From positions 67,116 to 131,115 of the forward strand of contig JBDRAN010000028.1 of assembly GCA_043823745.1 (NCBI GenBank): a stretch of DNA of 64,000 nt. Reading direction: 5' to 3'. A program made the position numbers and the translations under genes. Position 1 is the stretch's first letter, and each line of letters starts with the position of its first letter. Below, one piece after another: positions 29,473 to 38,625 of the stretch. The notes below the pieces were generated by a model. The model did no database searches and was not told the origin of the DNA. It was given only the letters and a program-made list of their open reading frames with translations. The stretch is from Candidatus Omnitrophota bacterium (lineage in GTDB: Bacteria; Omnitrophota; Gorgyraeia; Duberdicusellales; 4484-171).

Positions 29473-30213
29473 TTGGATAACTATATGAAAGTGTTATTAT
29501 TAGCTGCCGGCCGCGGAAAGAGATTAGGAAAAGTATCAGAGGGGATCAATAAGTGTTTGTTGCTGGTTCAGAACAAGCCGCTGATTGAGTATAGTCTTGA
29601 TGCGGTCGCGGCGCTCGCCGCCGTTAGCGAGATCGTGATTGTCGTGGGCTATAAGGCCCAAGATATTATCGCTCGCTACGGGAGCGCGTATCGTGGAAAG
29701 CCGATCGTGTATGTCCGCCAAGGCGAGCAGCATGGCCTGGTGCATGCCATTGAATGTGCAAAATTGGCGTTGGGTGCAAGTGACTTTATGTTGATGCTGG
29801 GTGATGAGTTTATGGTAAATGCCCGGCATGCTGAGTTCATCGAAGCATTTGGCCGGGAGCGCGCGTTTGCGCTCTGTGGCGTGGTCTCGGTAGCCGATAA
29901 AAGTCTTATTTCAAAAACCTATTCGGTTCTAGAGCTTCCCGACGGACGCATCGTGCGGCTGATTGAAAAGCCGGCGAAGCCCCTGAATAATATTATGGGA
30001 ACCGGCAATTGTATTTTTAAGAACGAAATCCTTTCGTATATCAACCGTACGCCGATCAACCAAAGCCGGCAGGAAAAAGAATTGCCGGATTTAATTCAGT
30101 GTGCGGTTGATGACGGTCATATGGTGAAGACATTTTCCATTTGTACCGAATATATTAATGTTAATTCTCAAGAAGAGCTCAATAAAACGACTAGTTATTT
30201 TGCGCATCTTTAG
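29473..30213 (+). CDS. Sugar-1-phosphate nucleotidyltransferase (HddC/RmlA-like NTP_transferase)
   Basis: KVLLLAAGRGKRLG P-loop-like motif. 246 aa. Confidence 0.7.
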   Translation: MDNYMKVLLLAAGRGKRLGKVSEGINKCLLLVQNKPLIEYSLDAVAALAAVSEIVIVVGYKAQDIIARYGSAYRGKPIVYVRQGEQHGLVHAIECAKLALGASDFMLMLGDEFMVNARHAEFIEAFGRERAFALCGVVSVADKSLISKTYSVLELPDGRIVRLIEKPAKPLNNIMGTGNCIFKNEILSYINRTPINQSRQEKELPDLIQCAVDDGHMVKTFSICTEYINVNSQEELNKTTSYFAHL

Positions 30214-30391
30214 AAAGACATCCTATAGCAATCAGGATGTCTTGATTGCAGCGATTAGGGGATGATTACAGAGATTATTTAGGGAGAGTTTCATGGGTAC
30301 CATCAAGACGCCCGTAATCTGTGTAATCAGTTTTAAATCATTGGAATCGAGTATAATATGTTATATCTGAAAATTACACTAGGAGTCTTAA

Positions 30392-31663
30392 ATGAACGAA
30401 AAAAAACATCCGTTTAAGAAATGGCTGGCATTGTTACCGGGAGGAGTTTTTACCACTTCCAACGTTTTCGGCGCGGGGTATCTGTTTGCCATGGCCTGGC
30501 GTATGGCTAAAAGCTATACCAAAACGTTTTTTTATCTGTTGTTTACCAGGCCGCCTGTCGCTGCCTACAATTTTTTCTATACGAAATTTTTTGTTCCGGT
30601 GGGCGAAGGCGCCGGCGCAGCGTTCTATGTTTTTTTTAACCCGCTTATACGTAAATTCCCGCGGCTGGCGCCTCTTCCGCAGTATGTCGAGATCGAAGTA
30701 ACCACGATTTGTCCGCGCAAATGCATTATGTGCGAGCATACCTATTGGCTTGATCAGGAGGAGCGGCATCTTTCGTTTGATGAGTTTAAGCATATCGTGG
30801 GGCAATTTCCCAAGTTGCGCTGGCTGCATCTGACCGGCGAGGGCTCAGCCTTTACTAATCCCGATTATCCGAAAATGCTTGAGTACGCCAAAAGCAAAAA
30901 CATTTGTGTGTATCTGGTTGACTCGCTTGATCACATTCCTGAATCGGCGCTTGAGAAGTTGATCGATCTTAAAATTGAAGGTATTTATATTTCGCTTGAT
31001 GCTGCGACAAAAGACGTGTACGAGAAGATACGGGTCGGCTGTGACTTTGATCGGGTCCTGGGCAATATCAGAAAATTTATCGCGCTTAAAGAAAAAAAGA
31101 AGTCACTGCTTCCCGAAATAAGTTTCCGTTATATCGTGATGAAACATAACGTGCACCAGATGCCGGCGTTTCTCGATTTGGTTAATTCTTTCGGCTCGCG
31201 TAAACTATTAGGTGAAGGAGGAAGGGTTGACTTTGTCGGTAATCTCGAGTTTCCCCAGGTAAAAGATTTAAGCGTGTATGAGCTTACCGACGATATCCTT
31301 AAGGGTGTTATCGAGAAGACCAAGCAGTATGGGCTGAATACCTTTTTAAGCCACACCGAAATAAAACGCAATCCGCCGATCGAGCAATGTATTTGCTGGC
31401 TTGAGCCCTATATCACCATGGGCGGCAATGTTATACCCTGCTGTAATATTTTGATGTCTAATGCGCGCACGGCCTTGCGGGAGCATAGCTTCGGTAATAT
31501 TTTCCAGCAGAACATCAAAGAGATCTGGAATTCTCCGCGCTTTAGGGAATTCAGGGATTCGGTCAACAAGCGCGATTGCAAAGTTCCGTTTCTCTGCACG
31601 CTTTGCCGCGGATATGATTTTAAAGAGCGTAGCGCCAAGCACGGCGTTAATCAGAATTTGTAG
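30392..31663 (+). CDS. Radical SAM enzyme with Cys-rich SPASM/twitch-like C-terminus and hydrophobic N-terminus
   Basis: TTICPRKCIMCEH motif. C-terminal CICW...CCNI...CTLCRGYD cysteine cluster. Confidence 0.7.
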   Translation: MNEKKHPFKKWLALLPGGVFTTSNVFGAGYLFAMAWRMAKSYTKTFFYLLFTRPPVAAYNFFYTKFFVPVGEGAGAAFYVFFNPLIRKFPRLAPLPQYVEIEVTTICPRKCIMCEHTYWLDQEERHLSFDEFKHIVGQFPKLRWLHLTGEGSAFTNPDYPKMLEYAKSKNICVYLVDSLDHIPESALEKLIDLKIEGIYISLDAATKDVYEKIRVGCDFDRVLGNIRKFIALKEKKKSLLPEISFRYIVMKHNVHQMPAFLDLVNSFGSRKLLGEGGRVDFVGNLEFPQVKDLSVYELTDDILKGVIEKTKQYGLNTFLSHTEIKRNPPIEQCICWLEPYITMGGNVIPCCNILMSNARTALREHSFGNIFQQNIKEIWNSPRFREFRDSVNKRDCKVPFLCTLCRGYDFKERSAKHGVNQNL

Positions 31664-33071
31664 GTTTCTTTATCCCCCGCAGTTTGGCTTTCGTAACCAG
31701 CCACGCTTCCTGCGCCATATAGCGGCCAAGCGTAAGATTCATGTTGCCCACAATCTCTTTGCAAAAATTTAACAGATAGTAAGTTTTTCCGTACACTGCG
31801 CGCCGCATGAATTCTCTGCGCTGCGCGAGGTCTGCGAAACTCCGCGTCCAGGGGAGCTTTATCCAGGGGATAAAGGAAGCAGTTGTGTTCCAGTCTCCAA
31901 TCAGGGTTTTATCTTGGCGCGCGTGCTCATAGATAGCGGTACCCGGATAAGGAACAAGGATGTTGATGTTGGCGGTTGTGGGTTTTAGCGCGGTTACTGC
32001 GGAGATAGTTTGACGTATCGATTCGTCGGTTTCCCCGGGAAACCCGATGATCCAGCCGGTGTTTAATTTAATTCCTGCATCAAGCACTATCCGGCCCGCG
32101 TCGATATTTGCTTTGACATTCGTCCCTTTCGCCATACGGTCAAGAATATTTTGTGAGCCCGACTCCATGCCTAGTGAAATAAGGTATGTTCCTGCTTGCC
32201 GGGCGCTTGCAACCAGTTCCCGGTCAATCGAGCCGGTCCGGCTTTTAAACCTGAACCTGATACGCAAGCCTTCTTTTTTTAATAACTCAAAAATACGCAT
32301 GGCTCGCTCGCGGTCGAAGGTGAAATTAGCATCAGAGACATCAAAAAGGCGTATTCCCTGTTTGTAGCGCGAATGGATCTCTGCTACGACGTTTTCCGCG
32401 CTGCGCGCGCGGTACGCGGTTGTGGTATTAGAGCAGAAGCGGCAGGTAAAGGGGCAGCCGCGGCTGGTGACAATAGTTTCTACGGGCCGCTCGCGCGTAA
32501 TGACGATATAATATTTTTTTTGCTCGTATTCACGCGCAAGGAGCTCGCGCGCCGGCAGAAGAAAGTCGTCGAGGGATGTGGTGTTTGTGCGTGCGGCGTT
32601 CTCGCGGATGAAGGCGGCCTGGCGCCAAAGCAGTCCGGGGACTCCTGAGATGTCACCACCGGGCAGTTTGTTGCAAAAGAGGCTGAAACTTTCCTCCGCT
32701 TCCGCCTTGAAAAGATAGTCGATTTCAGGACATTCAGCCAAGAGCGCTTGTCCTTTCGCGTGCGCGTGCGGGCCGCCGACAACCAGAATTATTTTGGGGA
32801 ACGCCGCTTTTATTCGTTTAATGAGCGCATAGGTAGGGATAAAAATTTCAGAGAAAAGCCCGATGCCGACGATATCGCAGCGGGCTTCGCGCAGTTTCTT
32901 GATGATGGCGGTATCGGTGAGATTGTGCGCGGCCGCATCAATGATGCGCACCGCGTGTTTATCGCGTTGTGCATACGCTGCCAGATAGAGGAGGCCTATC
33001 GGCGCAAAGCATTTTTGTGCTATTGCGCTGCCGCGTTCCTTGCCTCGGGGGTTTATCAGCGTAACATTCAT
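31647..33071 (-). CDS. Cobalamin-binding radical SAM enzyme
   Basis: SRGCPFTCRFCSN motif with an N-terminal B12-binding-like domain. Confidence 0.8.
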   Translation of the reverse strand: MNVTLINPRGKERGSAIAQKCFAPIGLLYLAAYAQRDKHAVRIIDAAAHNLTDTAIIKKLREARCDIVGIGLFSEIFIPTYALIKRIKAAFPKIILVVGGPHAHAKGQALLAECPEIDYLFKAEAEESFSLFCNKLPGGDISGVPGLLWRQAAFIRENAARTNTTSLDDFLLPARELLAREYEQKKYYIVITRERPVETIVTSRGCPFTCRFCSNTTTAYRARSAENVVAEIHSRYKQGIRLFDVSDANFTFDRERAMRIFELLKKEGLRIRFRFKSRTGSIDRELVASARQAGTYLISLGMESGSQNILDRMAKGTNVKANIDAGRIVLDAGIKLNTGWIIGFPGETDESIRQTISAVTALKPTTANINILVPYPGTAIYEHARQDKTLIGDWNTTASFIPWIKLPWTRSFADLAQRREFMRRAVYGKTYYLLNFCKEIVGNMNLTLGRYMAQEAWLVTKAKLRGIKKPTNSD

Positions 33072-34060
33072 TGTGGTTTATCCTTATGCGTGCGTGTCAC
33101 GCTGCTTAAGCCGCGGATAAAAGGAAATAAAAAAATAAGGCCAAAGATAACCGGTAAGAGATGCTCAACGAGCGAGACCAGTATTCCTGCGCTCATGAGC
33201 GTGGCAGCCGGGGCATACGCGGCGAATAAGAATATCATCAATCCTTCGCGTGTTCCCATACCGAGGATTGTCATCGGAAGAGCGCCGGCCAGCATGACGA
33301 AGGGAATAAAAACAAGAATTTGAGAAAAAGGAACGAAACATCCTACAGCGGTCATGAGGAGGTAGGTATTCAGAAATTCTGAAGATTGATAGACCAGCGA
33401 ATATCCGGCAAGTATTGCTTTTTCTTTTGCGGGTATTTCGCGCATGCCACTGGCTAACTCTTCGACGTGGCGTGTGTATCGGGGCAGCAAGCATTTGACG
33501 TAACGCACAAGGATGTCATAGGGGCGCGTAAAGAATATGAGCGCGGCCATGCCCAGGAGCGCTATGAAAGGAATGAGCTTTGGCATCGGTAAGGGCGCGA
33601 TGATCGTGCCGACAAGCATTATTCCGGCAAGCGTTAAGAGATTTAAGGCTTTATCGAGAACCAGGGAATGCGCTGCGCGGGCAACTGAGATATTCTTGCG
33701 TCGCGCCAGGTACGCGATCTTTAGGATCTCATGTGTTTTGAGGGGTAAGATAAGTTTCAACGGAAGGCAGCCGCTGCGGATCATCAGCGTTTCTTTAAAA
33801 GAGACCGTGCAGCCAAGGGCTGCAATGATCCTTTTCCACTTCGCGGTTCCCAGGAAAATATTTATTCCCAGGGAAATCAGGCAGCTTATAATCAGGGTCT
33901 CGCGCCGCGCCGCGCGAATAGTGTGTATGACGGCGCGGACATCGACTGCGCGCAGGAGCGCTGCGATAATAAGCGTTGATACGGCAACGCTCGCGGTCGT
34001 TATCAGGAAATTTTTTGTTTGAGCAGTCATGTTATAGCAAAAATGAACGCGCGTAATCAA
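33068..34060 (-). CDS. Flippase-like (lysylphosphatidylglycerol-synthase TM region / UPF0104) membrane protein
   Basis: 330 aa polytopic protein with the characteristic LLRAVDVRAV N-terminal segment. Confidence 0.5.
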   Translation of the reverse strand: MITRVHFCYNMTAQTKNFLITTASVAVSTLIIAALLRAVDVRAVIHTIRAARRETLIISCLISLGINIFLGTAKWKRIIAALGCTVSFKETLMIRSGCLPLKLILPLKTHEILKIAYLARRKNISVARAAHSLVLDKALNLLTLAGIMLVGTIIAPLPMPKLIPFIALLGMAALIFFTRPYDILVRYVKCLLPRYTRHVEELASGMREIPAKEKAILAGYSLVYQSSEFLNTYLLMTAVGCFVPFSQILVFIPFVMLAGALPMTILGMGTREGLMIFLFAAYAPAATLMSAGILVSLVEHLLPVIFGLIFLFPFIRGLSSVTRTHKDKPQ

Positions 34061-35027
34061 GCGCGGTTTGTATATCGGCGGTTAAGATCCTGTTTATCTC
34101 GATGCGCGATGCGCACCAGCAGTTCGGACAGTTTGTCTCGCTCAAATTTTCAAACGCTGCTCGTACGCCGTCGCGGATGCAATTGCCGGGTTTGGCCGGA
34201 ATTTTTTTTCGGCTGCAATTGAGCATGTCACCGTCCGGCTCAATCCGGCAGGTGAGGCGGCCGCTTGCACAGCGCAACGTTGATGCCTGGGGCCAGAGGC
34301 GCAGGTGTTTGAGCGCCGCACGCGAATTGCCGACTGAGGGATTTTTTTTCTTCTTCTGTTCAATGAGATAATCAATTGCCTGGTGTATTTGAGTGGTTGA
34401 AGGCGCTAGCATATGCGCATACGTACTTCCCAGCGCTATTTTCTCGACGGGTTGAACATAGACTTTTGCGTGGTAGCTTTGCGCAGCAGCAAGCACTGAG
34501 TCAAGATGCTTGCAGTTATGCTTGGTAAGAACGGTATAAAACGCGCACCGGATACCCCGGTTGGTTGCCGCGCTTATCGCTCCCATCACTTCATCCCATG
34601 ACCCTTGGCCGCGGATAGCATCATGGACTTCCCGAGGACCTTCGAGGCTTAGGTATAGGATATCAAGGTTTTTGAGCGCTTCTATTTTCTCTTTTACCAG
34701 CGCGCCGTTTGAGTTAAGTTTTACTTTGATGTTTTGATTGTGAGCGTGGGTTATGATTTCTTCGATATCGTCCCGCAGCAGGGGTTCTCCGCCGGTGAAA
34801 GAAATCATCATCGTCCCCATTTTTTTAAGGTCATCAATAACCGTTAGCACTTCTTTCCTGGTCAGTTCAGCGTTTTTTTTATCCCAGAGCCGGCAGTAGA
34901 GGCAGTGCCGGTTACAGTGGTAGGTAAGCGCCCAGCCGACCGCCAGCGGAAATTTCTTCATAAAGGCTTTTGCTTTAATGATGGCGGCTGCTCCCGCGGT
35001 AATCGTTTTTATTTTTTTTATGTTCAT
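34032..35027 (-). CDS. Radical SAM/SPASM-domain enzyme
   Basis: YHCNRHCLYCRLW motif. C-terminal CSRKK...CPNCWC cluster. Confidence 0.7.
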   Translation of the reverse strand: MNIKKIKTITAGAAAIIKAKAFMKKFPLAVGWALTYHCNRHCLYCRLWDKKNAELTRKEVLTVIDDLKKMGTMMISFTGGEPLLRDDIEEIITHAHNQNIKVKLNSNGALVKEKIEALKNLDILYLSLEGPREVHDAIRGQGSWDEVMGAISAATNRGIRCAFYTVLTKHNCKHLDSVLAAAQSYHAKVYVQPVEKIALGSTYAHMLAPSTTQIHQAIDYLIEQKKKKNPSVGNSRAALKHLRLWPQASTLRCASGRLTCRIEPDGDMLNCSRKKIPAKPGNCIRDGVRAAFENLSETNCPNCWCASRIEINRILTADIQTALDYARSFLL

Positions 35028-37147
35028 TAGTTTTTAACTCTTTTTGTCGCCTGGATACAAATGTGCCGTAACGGCGTACGACGAAAGGGGATGCCGATTT
35101 CGGCGTCAAAAGGCGTCATGAGCGCGCCCCCGGTGTCAAGGGAATGCGTTTCTATATCGGTAAAGCCATTCTCATGAAGCGCTGCGTTGATCGTTGCATG
35201 AGAAAAAAAGTGTACCATTGGTTTTTGAGCCACGCGCGCCAGTTGCGTCAATATTCCATGAAACATAAAGGTAAGCATTTCAAGCTCGTGGGGGCAGACT
35301 GCTTCGATAATGAATATCTTTCCGGCGTTTCGGAGCACTCGCTGCGCTTCATCGAGCGTGGCGCTCAAATTGTGCCTGGTCGATGCGGCAGTGTCGCCGG
35401 CTATATGGTGTAGCGTATGTAAGAGGAGGGCGTGATCGAACGTGTTGTTGCGTAGGCCAAGATTTTCGCTTTTTGTTGCCAGCGCCAGGGCGGCCGAGGC
35501 GTGTCTTTTAAGCGACTCAGGGGATGTATCGGCGCATACCAGCATCGAGATGGCATGGGTGCGGTAATCGGTGGTTGTTCCTGCGCCGATATCAAGAACG
35601 TTCCCAAAAAGTTTTCCCTCGAGGGCCTTGAGCGTGGCGGCTATGAGCGGCGCCTGAAGCCGGACTCTTGTTTCCTTAAGGCGGTCTGCCCGGCTATCAA
35701 AATACTCTCTCGTGCTTATGGGCCCTGCCAAGAATATTCTTTTGAGCGCGTTCGTTATAGCGCGTGGGTAGTATCGGGCGTAAATATAAAAACGCCTATC
35801 GTGCTGCTTGAGCGCTTGAAGAGCCATGGCAATAACGGTAAAAGGGCGCGGGATAAAGCGAAACAGGCCTACGAGTCTGCCCCGGATAATAAAGCGGTTT
35901 AGGGGCCGCGGTATCAGGGGAAGCATCTTGAAATAATTTTGAAATGATCTATTGACCCGGCGCATCCGGCCCTCACCCGGCACCCCGGAAAAAAAATCAT
36001 TGTCCGGGCCGTCAGGGCTTTTTGCTTCAGAAGGAGCCTTGCTATAGAGCGCGGAACCCGGATACACGGTAAGGTTATGGCACTTAATACGGTTTAAGCC
36101 GCGCAGCTGAGTGTAGTGTTGGGCTGCCTGTAGCAGGTCATCTTCGGTTTCGCCCGGGATACCAAAGAGATGATCGATGTCATAGGAAATCCCAAGGCGT
36201 TCGCAGAGCGCAAACGCTTCAAGGAGTGTCCGCGTGCCTTCCGGTCTATGGAGCACTTCTTTTTTGAGACGCTCGTTGAAGGTTTGGACTCCAAATTCGA
36301 CGCAGTAACAGTTACTCTCTTTGAGGAGGTGCGCCGTGTCTTGGGTAAAGGTGTCGGCCTTGGCAAAACACTTATAAGGAATACCTATGTTTTCCCGGTA
36401 GAGGGCAAGATAGCGCGCAAGCCAGGCGGGGTCGGCAGTAAACACCGCATCTTTATAAATAATTTCTCGTGGTTTAAAGTTGGCGCGCGCCCGGATTAAC
36501 TCAGCAATAACCGTTTCGGGGCTCCTGCGGCGGATATACGCTTGTCCGAAATTCTCTTTACGCAGGGTTTCCTGGCAATATGCGCACGCTGCCGCGCATC
36601 CTTTACCGGTATAGATGAGGTAGCTGTCGCTAAAATTAACAAAGCGGCTAAAGAGTGTTTTATCCGGTGCCGGCAGCGCGTCTAAGTCTGCCAGCTCCTC
36701 GAAACGATAGATATCTTTTTTTGAAGTGAAGATCCTGTCGTCAAAGAAACGCGTTGCAGCGTATTCAGGCTCTCCGGCAAGAATGTAATCATAGACCGTC
36801 TCGCCCGGTATCACGCGCGCATCCGTAAAAAGTATGGTGGGCATTTTCGGGCGCTCTTCTTTAAGCGAAGCCGCAAGACGTTTGTTCCATTGTCTGCGGG
36901 TTGCGCCATCAAGAAAGATCGCGGCGTCCGGGTTTTGGGAGATGATCTCGCGGAGCGTTTTCTTTTCGTCTGCGAAGATCCGGGCAAATCGCGGTAGCGA
37001 GATGATATTGTCGCTCGTGCCGAAAATATCTTGATCGTATACGAGGCCTGCGCGATGACCTCTTGCGCGCGCGATGGCAGAGAGGTATTCAAGCGAGATG
37101 CTATCGTAAACATGGTAGCGATTTTTATAGGCGAATACAAGTTTCAT
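35027..37147 (-). CDS. Cobalamin-binding radical SAM enzyme fused to a C-terminal class I SAM methyltransferase domain
   Basis: KGCAAACAYCQE motif. C-terminal ~220 aa carry VLDIGAGTTTD (motif I). Confidence 0.75.
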   Translation of the reverse strand: MKLVFAYKNRYHVYDSISLEYLSAIARARGHRAGLVYDQDIFGTSDNIISLPRFARIFADEKKTLREIISQNPDAAIFLDGATRRQWNKRLAASLKEERPKMPTILFTDARVIPGETVYDYILAGEPEYAATRFFDDRIFTSKKDIYRFEELADLDALPAPDKTLFSRFVNFSDSYLIYTGKGCAAACAYCQETLRKENFGQAYIRRRSPETVIAELIRARANFKPREIIYKDAVFTADPAWLARYLALYRENIGIPYKCFAKADTFTQDTAHLLKESNCYCVEFGVQTFNERLKKEVLHRPEGTRTLLEAFALCERLGISYDIDHLFGIPGETEDDLLQAAQHYTQLRGLNRIKCHNLTVYPGSALYSKAPSEAKSPDGPDNDFFSGVPGEGRMRRVNRSFQNYFKMLPLIPRPLNRFIIRGRLVGLFRFIPRPFTVIAMALQALKQHDRRFYIYARYYPRAITNALKRIFLAGPISTREYFDSRADRLKETRVRLQAPLIAATLKALEGKLFGNVLDIGAGTTTDYRTHAISMLVCADTSPESLKRHASAALALATKSENLGLRNNTFDHALLLHTLHHIAGDTAASTRHNLSATLDEAQRVLRNAGKIFIIEAVCPHELEMLTFMFHGILTQLARVAQKPMVHFFSHATINAALHENGFTDIETHSLDTGGALMTPFDAEIGIPFRRTPLRHICIQATKRVKN

Positions 37148-38625
37148 ATTAGTTTTTCGGCTTTCACGTGATCGTTGATCCGCCGGCGCTCCTCGTGGTA
37201 CGCAACAAACCGGTCGTCGCGCGTCGAGGTGTTTTCCTGGCCCAAGAGCATTCCAAGGTAGGCGGAGAGTTTTCGTTTAAACTCAGGGAGCGAACGCACC
37301 GCCAGAGCGGATTTTAATAGAAATGAGGGCCGGGAATGAAAACGTACATACGCCCATTTTGTGAGCCGGTCGATCTGCTCGTTGGTTAGCTGCGTCCAGG
37401 GCCGTTCCAGGACGCGGTCAACTTCATTGCCGAGCACCCATTCTTTCCAGAAATCTTGTCCGGTTTGCTCGACGAGATTTTCCCAGAGCGGCGTACGTGG
37501 TTTAGCCAGGCATTTTGAGAATTGCACATAATCAAGATCTAGTTTTTCGGCAAAGGCGACGGTTTGTCGCACGGTCTGTACGGTTTCGCCCGGCGCTCCG
37601 ACGAGAAAGAAACCGAGGGCTTTTATGCCCAGGGCCTTGGTTGCGGCGATGGTGTCTTGTATCTGCGCGAGCGTGATCCCTTTGGCCACGGTATCAAGAA
37701 TTTTCTGTGAGCCCGACTCGATGCCGTAGTAGATCCTTCCGCACCCGGCTTGACTCATTTCGCGCAGGAGCTGAGCATCTATGTCTATTCGCGAGCGGCA
37801 GGCCCAGAGGATATCGAGGTTGCGTTCCCTCATGAGACGGCAAATCGCGATTGTCCGGCTTTTGTCGGCAGTAAAGTCGTAGTCAAAAATATCGATTTCC
37901 CGGACCCCGTAACGGTGGTAGCATTCAGTCATCTCATCGACGACGGTCAGGGGTGAGCGCGGGTTGTAGGCTGTTCTGCCTGCTTCACAGAAAAAACATC
38001 CCCGGGGGCAGCCAAGGCTGGTTACCATGACCGTGAAGTTTTTACGCTCCGTGGGAAACTCGGCGTAGAGATCATTGGGTAACAAGTCCCGCGCAGGAGC
38101 GGGGAATTGCTCAAAGGAAACTTCCCGGGGAGGATTAAGCCGTATCTGCCCGGCTTCCTTGTAGACCAGTCCGACTACCTCGCTGAGTTTTCGTTTTCCC
38201 TGGAGCGCCTCCAGGAGTTGCGGCACGGTTTCCAGAGCATGTTCGATAACGCCATAGTCTATTTCAGGATGGCTGATGGATTCTTTCGGATAGACACGCA
38301 GGTTGTAGCCGCCGATCACCACCGGGACATCGCATTCTTTCTTAAGGATTCGTATCCATTCCAGCGTATCGCGGAACATGTAGGTGGTCATCATGAAGCC
38401 CATAATATCCGGCTTAAACGCGCGTAGGCGTTCCGCTACCTGCTGTGGAGAGAGGCGTAACGTGCGCGCGTCAATGAGCGTTACATCGTGACCGGCGTCC
38501 CGGGCGATTGAAGCGACCCATGCCAGGCTTAAAGGGGGGAACATCCCGAAGTATTTTTGCACTATGCGTAAATTCTCTTCATGGATTTTGTACTTAAAAG
38601 GGGTAAATATGAGCGCGAGCCTCAT
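37144..38625 (-). CDS. Cobalamin-binding radical SAM enzyme
   Basis: SLGCPRGCFFCEAGR motif. Confidence 0.8.
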   Translation of the reverse strand: MRLALIFTPFKYKIHEENLRIVQKYFGMFPPLSLAWVASIARDAGHDVTLIDARTLRLSPQQVAERLRAFKPDIMGFMMTTYMFRDTLEWIRILKKECDVPVVIGGYNLRVYPKESISHPEIDYGVIEHALETVPQLLEALQGKRKLSEVVGLVYKEAGQIRLNPPREVSFEQFPAPARDLLPNDLYAEFPTERKNFTVMVTSLGCPRGCFFCEAGRTAYNPRSPLTVVDEMTECYHRYGVREIDIFDYDFTADKSRTIAICRLMRERNLDILWACRSRIDIDAQLLREMSQAGCGRIYYGIESGSQKILDTVAKGITLAQIQDTIAATKALGIKALGFFLVGAPGETVQTVRQTVAFAEKLDLDYVQFSKCLAKPRTPLWENLVEQTGQDFWKEWVLGNEVDRVLERPWTQLTNEQIDRLTKWAYVRFHSRPSFLLKSALAVRSLPEFKRKLSAYLGMLLGQENTSTRDDRFVAYHEERRRINDHVKAEKLI

